64,000 nt of DNA from contig JAQFVV010000005.1 of the NCBI GenBank assembly GCA_028023455.1, forward strand, positions 20,646,001 to 20,710,000, read 5' to 3'. This document shows positions 37,101 through 48,790 of this stretch, piece after piece (positions within the stretch are counted from its first letter, which is position 1; each line of letters begins with the position of its first letter). Source of the DNA: Epiperipatus broadwayi. Lineage: Eukaryota > Animalia > Onychophora. Made by a program: the position numbers and the translations under genes. The notes below the pieces were generated by a model. It worked only from the letters and a program-made list of their open reading frames with translations, was not told where the DNA came from and made no database searches.

Positions 37101-40100
37101 ATATTTGAAAAAATGAGAGAAAAATTGGAATTAAATAATATATATTTCTTTTTGTAATTATGATAGTATAAAGAAAAGAATATATATATATTTAATTATT
37201 ACAATTTGATTTACAAATGTCAATCTTTCTGCACTGACAACTTTGACATCATCCATTTTAGATAAATGCATTCGTAATTATTATTAATCTTTAATTAAGC
37301 TAAAGATTATTATACTATTCCTAATTTAGTTACAAACTTTAAATGCAGATTAACATTAAAGTCACATATAAAAATTACTTATAATTAAAACAATGATGTT
37401 ATTCAACTTATTTTACAAGTATGATAAAAGTCTCTATATGATGCATAAATATCTGGGGCAGATCCATAATTTTGATTTTATTAATATTATTGAAAAAAAG
37501 ATTGGAAATTAGAGGAAGTAAAATTATAGGTGACTTGTCATCTTAGAAACCACAAAAAAAACATAGTATGCATTCTTATTCTACTCTATGTTGTGCATAT
37601 AAATAAAACATGCAACCCCAATGTTAGGGCAATCTCATCCTATTAGTTTCAATCTCATTTAAATTGATTTCTACTAATGTTATAATTATTGAAATATAGC
37701 ATTGAGTTGGTGTGTTTGAGAATAAATGCGATATGATTTTAAGATATTTAGTTATATATTTTATGAATTTGTAGCGTAAATGGAGGGAAGGGGTATTTGT
37801 GGATGAGACAGAAAATTCAGAACTTCTAGAAAGCAATTTTGCTAATGTGTAGATAGTATATTAATTGATTTTTGGAATAAAATATGGGGGGAAAAATTCG
37901 TTGCATATTTTTAATAAATAGGCACATAAATTTTGTAGACATATTAAGAAATAAAACTAATAACTGTATTATCTTTCTATAGTAAGTTCAAAAGAGTTAA
38001 TCGTTCATGTTTTGTTTTGTGTAATATTAGTTTCAAAAAATTTCAAGAGATGAGCAAACATAGTTAAGCTGCAATTATAAAGAAGGCTTCTGCATTGTGT
38101 ATTCCATTAAGGATTTACGGGATTTAAAACCTTCTATAGCGATCTCAGTTCCTAAATGTTCACTCAACTAAAATTAAGTTAATGAAGTTGTCAAAAATGG
38201 TTTTGGGCAATAGAATACGAACTTAAAATCATTATCCTCTAATCATCAGTATCTGAGCTCGTGACATCTAAAGCTTTGTTTTGTTAGTGTCTCATCATTG
38301 AATGGCGTTGATAGTTGTCACAGAAATGATTAATTTTTTTTTTTTTGTTTTAATAATGAAATCTTCTTATTACAAACAAGACAGTTGTCATTGTAATATT
38401 AACTAAAGCTTGAAGGAAAAAAAATGAAAATGAGAATTAAGTAAAAATCTAGGAGAACAATGTAATTTATTAGCTTCCTAACGGCATGGCCACTTGTTAA
38501 TGTTACTTTATCATATATATAGGAGACAATAAGGTCACCTTTACTGCTTGCAGTTGTTAATAAATGACATTAGATGACAGTCTGAGCAACTAATGAATGC
38601 AGCCTTGGGATAAAGATATAGAGAATGCATTACCTATACGTCCAATTTTGGCGTTTGACGCAAGCCTTATGATTGTGTATTTCAAAATTGTTGTAAAGTC
38701 TTATTTAAAATATTGTAGTTTAGTGAGAAAAGCGATGATGTAATAGGAAAAAATGTGTATTAAACAACAATAATTAAATATCAATATAATGTTTCATTTA
38801 AATGCTTTTTTATCAATTCAGTATCTGGAATAGGTATATCACCTCCTCATCTATGGAATCAGTCTGTACATAAATATGAAAAGTGAAAAAAAAAAGCATA
38901 GATAAATTGATTAGAAAAAAAAGAGTAGAGTTGTAGAAAACAAAAAAAAAAAGAGTTGGAGTTATTATTTAAATAATACTCTTTTATGACTCTTTTATCT
39001 ACTAATACTGTTTTTTATAATACTAGATCATCCATGCACTTTATTACTGCTACACAATGCTTTATTTACCACCCTCTTTTACAGTTTACAGTTTCGATTG
39101 CCCCAGTAATCTTCTTCAGAATGCTTATATCTCCTAACTTCAACTGCTAAATTCAAATTTCATATTGTTTTTTATATATATATACTGTTTACAATGTTTC
39201 AATTTTATTAACTAATATCACCATTTCACATGTTTAATAGCTTCTTCAGAGGGAAAAAAGGTTCTGTGAAGAAAATTGCTACCAATTGAAATGTTAGCAT
39301 TATTTAATAAAATTTAAACATGTCAAAGATCATTTACTTAGTTTGAAGTCATATAAAAATAAAAATTCTATAAAAATATTAAAGAATATATTATATTATT
39401 AAAGGGAGACTATTGTTATTTGGTGTAAGAACAGGAGTTTGGATACGAGATCAAGAAGGCAAACATGGAATAAAGATTTGGATTTTAATTATTGTTTATG
39501 TGAAGATAAAAGAGAAATCACTAAATACTTATTTTTGAAATATAGGATAAAAGATCAGAATAAATTGTATGGAGAACAGGAAAATTTTAAAAATAAAGAG
39601 AATTGAGAAATAGGAATTTCATGATTTTTTTATTTAGATTTTTTATAACAAATTTAAGGATGATGAGACCAAGATAGTGGCAATGGAATAGCAGGAAAAA
39701 TAGAAATGAGTTTAGTCTGGAAAAATGATTGGTTAATAAGGAGTAAAAAATAGAGGCATTGTTTATAATGATTTTAGAGGAAAGTAATGTTTAACTTAAC
39801 CAACAGAGACTCTGGACATATAGCTTATGTACAGAAATTTCTGACTTTGCTTAAGAAAAAGCTGTTCTTCACCAATTTATATCACATTGACTGGTTTCTA
39901 TTTGAATGGAAGTATTATTGTCAAATGGTTACTAAATCCAGCAATAAATTAAATGTTTAAATAATTAATATGAATTATTGCAGAACAATAATTAAATTTC
40001 TACAAAATTCCTATGTATTTCTGTTTTTAATTTCATTAATAAAAAAGGTAAAGTATTAAAGTCAGATCTTTTATCAATTGGACATTAAAAATGGAATCAA

Positions 40101-41639
40101 TGAAAAATTCCTTTATAATTTTCTATATGGGTGACTGTCATTTGTAAAGTGAAGAAAAGATACAACCAATAGATACTCATAAGAGATTATTGATATCATG
40201 TCTTAGAAAATGCAGTTCAAAGTGCTGTATCGTCTAATTGTTTTTTCCTTCCTAGGTACATTTTTAGAATAATACTGTTTTACTTTACAATGACATTTAA
40301 GGCTTAATAAAGCAGATGTTGATATTAATTAGTAAAAAAACATATGTTGAACTTAGCTTAACTGTGTCAGCCATTTACAATAGGTTAGGCAGACAGAAAA
40401 GTGGGTAGATGTTCAGATTCTCATCTTACATACCTTGCATAAAACTCTTACAGTAGCTGGTAACTGATTAATTTCTCACACCAGTACTTCTAGTATACAT
40501 TATCATCAGACATTCATTATTAATTGAAGTTTGTTTTTATAATTCAACTGTCATCTAAACAAAAATGATATGTCTTAACCAAGAAAGCAACATATAAACT
40601 TCAATTCTTATTTTTAAATATCAGTCATCTATTGTGAGATTAAGCAACCAATTATTACTAGCTGATATTCATTCATTATATTCATATTCATTGCCTAGTT
40701 TCTAATTTATGGTCTTTATCAGTGAGGACTTGTAAATTCAAAACCTAAAGAAATATACTGAATGTAAGCAGAGAAAGTCACATGATGTTTTGTGGTTTAA
40801 TACATACTTGGTCAAAAGATGAAAGATGCATACAAATATTAGGAAATTAAAGTGTACAGTTACTAATCTGGTTATCAGATCTAACAGTGTGACTATGTAG
40901 ATATATTGATGCTACTATCTGATATCCAATGGTTATCTAAACTTACAATAGATGGCTCTGATGTAGAATGAAGGGAAATGCTTCTAAAAGGTATGCATAT
41001 TTGATCTACAAGTCATTTGCTATGCTTCAGCTTCAATGTCTATACTGCTAACAGCTAGAGTGTTTTTGTGTATATATTCCACTGGACTTCTTACATTAAC
41101 AGGATTCAATCCTGATTCTAATAGTTAATGTAAAAGCATATCTTCAAATCATCATATATTTAAAAGCTGGATTAAAGCTTTTAAACAAGTTTGTATATCT
41201 GTGTATTAATAAAAATTTATGTGATTAGCCATCACTAATGAGAATAATATAATAGTGCAGTTCTGAGTGATGATTTGTACCAGTTTAAGTAAGAATATTT
41301 TATGTTAGCATACCATTAATTATGACTATTCTTTGAATCCCTGAAAATGATTCTACTTTAGAAATAATAAGAATTCTTTCATAGCTATTAACATAATGTC
41401 TTTTTCTTTCAGAGTCATGGTTTGACATTAAATTGACCAGTGTACCAATGACAAAGCAAACATGCACATTATGCAACTTGGAAACAAGATTGTGGAAAGC
41501 AAAAGATTGCAATAATCATCCGAACATAAAATACAAAAATACAGAGAATAAAGGAACACAAAGATATAATACAGCAAAATAGGAATTTAATAATAATTTT
41601 TAAAAAGTAATATTTGAAGAGAAATTTTTTATCATCATT

Positions 41640-43345
41640 ATTTTCAACCATTATGGGTCCACTGCAGAATGAAGGTCTCTCCAAGTTCAATCCAACTTCA
41701 CTGATCTTTAGCCTCTCTTCTCCACATCACTTCAGTACACTTTCTTATTTCATCCATCTATCTCACATGTGGTCTCTTTCTAGGTCATTTACAATCTTTT
41801 GGAATCCAGTTTATGATTTCAACTGTTCATATACTATCATCTCTTCTAGAAATCTGTCCAGTCCAACTCAACTTCAGTCTCTTAATTCCTTCAATAATAT
41901 CAGTTCTCTCACTATATATTTCATTTTCAATTTCTGCTTATTACTCCTAACATGCATCTTTCCATATTTCTTGGATGGTTTGAAATCTCTGTAATTTTTA
42001 TTTGTTAACTATCCAAGTCTCAGGTCTGTAAGTAAGAACTGGTAAAACACTTATCAAAAACCTTCTCTTTCAACACATAGACATATTTTCTTTTAATATT
42101 AAATTATTTCTACCAAAAGCATTCTAAGTTTAATTCTATGATTAATTTCATCCATTATGTTTCCATCTATACTAATATTCTGATCAAGATATTTGTAGTT
42201 GCTAATTTCTAACTCATCATAATCAATCTTTATTTTCTTTTCTTGAAAAAATCTGTTGAACATTACACTAGTCTTTCTAACATTTACCTTTAATCATACT
42301 TTCTTATTTTCATCTGCTATCTCTTGCAACACTTCCAGAAACTCTGAAACATTATTTGCAAAAACTACTACATCATCAGCAAAATCTAATTGACTTAAAT
42401 GATCTTCATTTACTTTCATTCCCTTAGCTTCCCATTTTAAAAATATTGATTGCAAAATTGCTGTAAAAAGTTTTGGAGATATGGAAACACCTTGTTATGC
42501 ACCTTTCTCAATGTTAATCTTTGTATAATTGTTGCTGTTGCATTTTTATAAATATTCTTTAGAATATGACAGTATCCTGCATCTACATCTTAATATACCA
42601 ATGTTTTAATCACTGAAGAAATGCTTATAGAATCAAATGCTTTTTCAAAGTCTACAAACCCAAAGCATAATGGCAACTCATATTCATTGGTCTTTCTATA
42701 ACTTCTCCTAATACTTGGATATAATCCATTGTTTTAAACATTTTTAAATCCAACTTGTTCTTTTCATTAGTTAAAATCCAAAGTTCACTTGATAAAAATC
42801 TTTGTATAGAACTGATAAAAGACTAACAGGTCTGTAATTTCTGATATCTTCTATGTACTTTTTAAAAATACTAATATTGCATTCTTCCAATCATCTGGTG
42901 CATCATTATCACTTAGTCATGTGCTATATAACTTTGGCAAAAAAAAACTTTCTTCATCTGCTTTTTTTAAAAAAAAAATCGATTATAATTCCATTATTAC
43001 CTGGACCTTTTCCCTTCTTCATAAATTTAATTGCATATCTTATTTCTTCATTTAAAATTCTGGACAATTCAGTAGGATGTACTTTTCTTTATTCTTTATT
43101 GCTATATAATTCTTCATAGAACTGTTCTACACATTTCATGATGTCATCTCTCTTTTTAGTAGTAGTTCCATCTTTTTTTTTCTTATTGCAGAAATAAGTT
43201 TCCTACCAACACCAAAATGTTGTGTTATACCTTGAAACTTTTATTCTCTTCTGTAACTTTCCCTACTAATTCACAAATTATATTTTCTTATACCATTATC
43301 AATTCTTTTACACATCATTTTTCAAAATTCAAGATATTCAATTCT
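41640..43345 (-). mobile_element. RTE LINE, decayed, 3' portion
   Basis: Similar to 24541-25510; DFEKAFDS and DFADD motifs in broken frames. Confidence 0.9.
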
Positions 43346-45272
43346 TTTTTTTATTGAAAGAAAGGTTTATTTATGAGTTTATATTGATAGTAAGTACATT
43401 AGCATAGACATAATGATACAGAAACATACATGATCTTGTACATAATATTAAAGACTACAAGGGAGGCATGAGTATTCACTCATTTGTCCAAGAAGGAGCA
43501 TTTGTGCCATGTTTCCGATGTAGTTTATGAAGAGCCAAAAGTCTATCTCTGTCCTTGATTTTATTTCTTTCTTTAATATAAGCTTGACAGCTACTGAGGT
43601 TTATCTGAGTGAAGATCAGCTTATACCTTGTCAGCCAAACAGCAAAGATTATAAAGATGGTTAATCTGAAGATAGAAAAAGTTCCATTGCTGATAGCTCT
43701 CTTGATAGACAATACATCACTAATCTCAGGTGAAACACTGTTTATGATCAGGGACCTGAGCGGTCCAAGAAAGGGACAAGAGTAAAACAAATGAAGTGTT
43801 TCATCATCAGTCTTGCACAATGCACACTGAGGATCAAGCCTTGCAAATCCCCTCCTCCCTACCAAGAAATGATTTGTGGGCAAGAAGGGATTAAACTTGA
43901 GGGAAAAGTCCACATACTTGGGTTCAAATACCCAGTCTTTGGAATTTTTGATTATTTGCTTATCATTGATACCATATTTAGATTGAAGTGTGTTTTGATT
44001 GGGATGTATGAGTTTGTATACATCCCAATAAGATTTTATGTTATCAAAGGTTTGTGCAGTGATACCAAACAGTTCATTGACATGCTGAATCATATCACTG
44101 ATACATTTACTTGGACACAGTGAGAGAGGAGTGTCAGTGGGTTCAAACAGGATTTTTATGTTGGCCTGAATTAGAACTAGGTAAATTGCATGCAATACAC
44201 TGATTACTCTTTGCACATAGAAGCACCCACAGAATGTAGACTGTCTATTTAACTCCCTGGGTCTCTGCATTTTGGCCATACTAATTGCAACACCCTTGCC
44301 TTTCCAAAACAGTTTTGAACATAGCAAGTTGATACTATTTTGAAATGATGTTGTAGGTTTGATTATAGGTAGACAGTAGTTTATCATTGAGAAAATGAGC
44401 ATATTAAGTAATGCCATCTTACCCGGGAGAGACAGTGAGATCAATGAAAGGAACTTCACCATTTTGCTAGTCTTATCCAGAATGGACTGCGGTATCTCTT
44501 TTCTCATCGATATTTTTGATGAAGCAATAGAGAAGCCCAAAAACTTCTGAGGCTTTGAAGTGTATATGGAGGGTACAGTGATGCCTGTCCTTAATTTCCC
44601 GATTGATGTTTTTTGAATTATTGATGTGAAGATTATATTCCAAGGAATATCTGTCAAGGATCTGTTGCAAGTGTGGTAAATGTTTCTTGGAAGAAAGAAA
44701 AACTGTAACATCATCAATGTAGGAAATGTGATGTACTTCCTCCCTCAAAGCGGATACATATATCCCTAGCAGACTACGTTCAATTTCTTTGAGCAAGGGA
44801 TTGATATAGGTGATAAAGCAAAGAGTTCTAGGCAGAGACTCTTGAGGAATAGAGAGATGAGGTCTAAATGCAGGGCCAAATTGCCATCAAGTGATGTGAA
44901 AATTGAGCAGTTTAATAGTAGGTTCTCAATAATCCTGATGAAAACCTTTGGAACTAAGTAGGTATCAAGGATTTGCAGTAGAATCGAGGCACCATAAAGT
45001 CAAAGGTGGAAGCAAAATCCAATTGAACTACTATTGGCATTGACCTTCTGTGGTGCCATAACATGTTCTATGAGGAGGGTAAACCACTGCATAGCCTCAA
45101 TGGTAGATGAACCTTTGTGGGCCAATTGACAAGCTGTAATATGGGTGAATAGTTCATCCTGGATTCTGCTTTTGATTATGGACTCAATGGTCTTGATGAG
45201 GAATGGAGTCATAGATATGGGCTGAATATTGGAAAGATTGGATGGGTTGATTTGCTTTTTCATGATGGCATC
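43346..45272 (-). mobile_element. 5'-truncated L1/Tx1-like element (second subfamily) nested in the RTE
   Basis: QPISM, QLAHKGSS, YIDD, LSLPGKMALLNMLIFSMINY and CALCKTDDETLHLFYSC are homologous to the 12.7-19.1-kb ORF2. AATAAA and an A-run at the 3' end. Confidence 0.88.
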
Positions 45273-45440
45273 ATTTTTATATATTTTCATATTCCTTCGT
45301 TTTTTCATAAATTCTTGCCACAATAGAAATTTTACTAGCCAATCACTGCTCTTTGTACCAGCTATCTTTGTTGCACTTTTTATAAGTGTATTAGTTATCT
45401 TCCTATTGATTTCATTCAAGTCTGAATCATATTCCAAATA
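45273..45440 (-). mobile_element. RTE LINE, 5' continuation beyond the L1-like insertion
   Basis: DLNEINRKITNTLIKSATKIAG...MKKRRNMK resembles the RTE endonuclease-RT linker and joins to IEYLE at ~43340. Confidence 0.6.
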
Positions 45441-45876
45441 TTAAATAGCAAAAATATTCAAAATATTAAATAGCAAAAATATTATATTAGTTCCAAAATA
45501 TTAACTATTAAATTTCTAGTGGATTGAAAGTCAAATATTAGCAGTTTAATAAACAAACTAAACGATTATCTCACTTATTAAAGATAATGTTATCATGATT
45601 GAAGATATGCACTGATCTTAGAACACAAAAAAAGCACAATAAACTTCTTAATATTCTCATCTTATCCTAGTGGCAGTTTGATCTACAGAGTAAATCCATA
45701 GTATTAATCATAAATGCATTTTCCATAATATTATTAATAGATTAATAAAACTATGTAATGTATTCAAGCAAAAAAGTTTTTACAAAAAATATATTTTAAA
45801 TTTAAATCAATTTTAAAATTATATTTTTTACATCTTTCCAAGAGCTATACTAGACTTTATTATAATTCTTATTATA

Positions 45877-46856
45877 TAAGGAATTTGAACTAGGATTTTC
45901 ACACGATCCTCAACTCTCCATGCCATCTCATATTGCTGACCCACCTGATCACACACACATTGAAAAGATAAATAATCACCAATATACGTATTTCATTCTA
46001 AACTAGCAATCATCAGTTCATCCAAATTACTATCTCCACACACATATACAATCAGTGCTCAGCTTTATATTAAGATAGCCAATCTTTATACTTTAACAGA
46101 CAGGCTTCAAACTACTCCAACTCTCAACTCTTCAGTTGTCCAATTCATTGGAAATCTGATGATGGAATGTTCAAAACCTACACTAGTGCCAAGTTGTCAT
46201 CCTACCCACACTGACGTTAGTCATTCTAACCCCTCATATACCAGAGAATAATCCATTTACATACATATGCAAGGGATGGGGAGACCCTTAATGTATTATG
46301 TTTCAATATGTAATTTAATACACTAATACAGGCTTACACACACCTGCACATATAATGTAATAGGTAAGGGATTTGAACTCAGACTTACATATTGAAACAT
46401 AGTGTGTTAAAGGTCTGACCATCCCTCACATATGTATGTAAATGGATTATTCTTTGGTACATGAGGGGTTAGAATGACTAATATCAACATGGGTAGGATG
46501 ACAATCTTGGCACTAACGATCATCAGATTTTCAATGAAATGGATGGCTGAAAAGTTGTGGGTTGAAGTAGTTTGAAGCCTGTCCATTAAAATATGAAGAC
46601 TGCCTATCTTAATATAAAGCTGAGCACTGATTGTATATATGTGTGGAGATAGTAATCTAAACCAACAGATGATTGTTGGTTTAGCATGAAATACATATAT
46701 TGGTGATTATTTATCTTTTCAACATGTGTGTGATCAGGTGGGTCAGCAATACAGGATGGCATGGAGAGTTGGGGGCCATGTGAAAGTCTGAGTTTGAATC
46801 CCTTATATATTACATTATATGTGCAGGGGTGTGTAAGCCTGTACAGTGTATTAAAT
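45877..46856. mobile_element. Non-coding HHR element family A: two head-to-head, differently permuted ~470-490-nt monomers
   Basis: Flanking direct repeat (AT)TATAATTCTTATTATA at 45859-45876 and 46855-46872. Arms 45877-46384 (-) and 46385-46856 (+). HHR motifs at 45977-46022 (-) and 46661-46706 (+). Confidence 0.88.
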
Positions 46857-46994
46857 TATAATTCTTATTATAAAAATTGTAGATTTTTGCACCTGGGAAA
46901 TTTTTATTGCTTTCTTTTAGATGAATTGTCATTTATTTGATGACCCATACTGTTGCCTAAATCATGAATGCTTTTATTTGGCAAAAAGATGTCT

Positions 46995-47372
46995 AAATAA
47001 CCTATCTACCTATCAGCTAACTTACAGTAATTGTCTAATTACCAACCAATGTATCTACTAATTTACAAACCTACATATTTGATTATCTAACTGTCTATTC
47101 ATCTATCTATCTGTGTATCCTTCCATTCCTTTATCTATCCAATTTATCCATCAATTTGTCTATATATCTACTTATCTATCTGTCTGTCCATCCATCCATT
47201 AACCTATCCATTTATTCATTTAGCTATCTATCTACCTATTTACCCATCCATCCCTATATCTAATTATCCTTCTACCTACCCATCCACCAACCTACCTACC
47301 CCCTACCTACCTATCCACCCACCCACCTACCTACTTACCTATCTATTGATTCATCCATCGACCATATATCTA

Positions 47373-47407
<35 letters not shown>

Positions 47408-47408
47408 G

Positions 47409-47470
<62 letters not shown>

Positions 47471-47471
47471 C

Positions 47472-47520
<49 letters not shown>

Positions 47521-47577
47521 CCTACCTACCTACCTACCTACCTACCTACCTACCTACCTACCTACCTACCTACCTAC

Positions 47578-47618
<41 letters not shown>

Positions 47619-47676
47619 CATCTATCCATCTATCCATCCATCCATCCATCCATCCATCCATCCATCCATCCATCCA
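46995..47676 (+). repeat. Compound tetranucleotide microsatellite (TATC/TACC/TCCA/TGTC), degenerate 5' half
   Basis: Direct reading; pure tract ~47366-47676. Confidence 0.98.
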
Positions 47677-48578
47677 TAAATATTATTCAATTAATTAATC
47701 TTGGACATTTTTTTTACTATAAATATACTAGATACCAGTGAAGTTAGGAAATAATGAATAATTCAGCAATAGGTACTATATAATACACACAGCTAATAGT
47801 TTTTTTTTGACAGATATATTGAAGTGTGGGTTTTGCAAAAAATAGGTTCTCCCTGGTAAAGTTGACTGCCAGGTACTTGGAGATTTATTGGTACTGTGCA
47901 TTGTTAGCCTTCCAACAACTTTTTGTTCTCTTACCTTGACATGTGATCTTATGCCATAAACTCTGTGAATCCTAAAATTCAGATCAAATTTAGATGTTAT
48001 TGCTAATAAAAGAAAACTTATTGTTTATACTTGTATTGTGTGACTTTTTGTCTTTTTCTTTTATAGTCATGCAACATATTTTTTGAATAAAACAAAAAGT
48101 GTTTTTCAATTGCATTAAACATATTTTTACAAGTTAATTAATCTGTCATGGTTTGATAAATAAAGCTGAAAAATATTTTCTCATTTCAAAACTAAATTAA
48201 AGTGTACTTAAAAAAAAAAAAAAAAATTAAATAATCTACATTTTAAATCTACTATATCTATTACAATATAAATGGAGCATTATCCCATTATTTAACTAAT
48301 GTTTTGTGAAATACAAGCTTATAGGACCAATTTAAAGAGAACCTCTTTATCACCTATACCAATTTCCAAAATCACTAACTACAAATCAAAAAGCACTTGA
48401 ATTTTATTTATATTAACTATTTCCTGTCAAATTCTGTGTCACATGATAGCTGTAAAATTTGATTAAATTTGCCAGCCATGATTCATCTCAGACATTTCAA
48501 TAGTCTATATGCCAGTATTGCAATCTGGTAGTAAATATTTTCAAATGATCAATAAAGATTTAGTTGCTGTTTTTTTAA

Positions 48579-48790
48579 GGTACAATAGCTCAATTGGTTA
48601 GACCATTGCCTTAAAATTTGTATTCAAGAAGGTGCGAGTTTGACTCCTACGCTAGCATTGTCACCAGTCAGGCCAGCAACACCTGAAGAAGAGTGAAGAA
48701 TAATATCACCCAAAACATTGTGCATATGCTAACATGTATTATCTACTAACCTGTGTATTATTACTAACAGTTGTATGTATTTGAAAAAGT
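48579..48790 (+). mobile_element. tRNA-headed element followed by a PLE-type minimal HHR
   Basis: A-box TAGCTCAATTGG (48586-48597), B-box-like AGTTTGACTCC, then cac-CTGAAGA-agagtga-agaataata-tcaccc-AAAA-ca-T-T-gtg at 48679-48722. Confidence 0.65.

Noticed and set aside
46150-46185. Possible antisense hammerhead (CTGATGA...TTCAAAA) in family A, which would imply ambisense ribozymes
   Set aside because: Stem I cannot form and the segment is deleted in the other arm.
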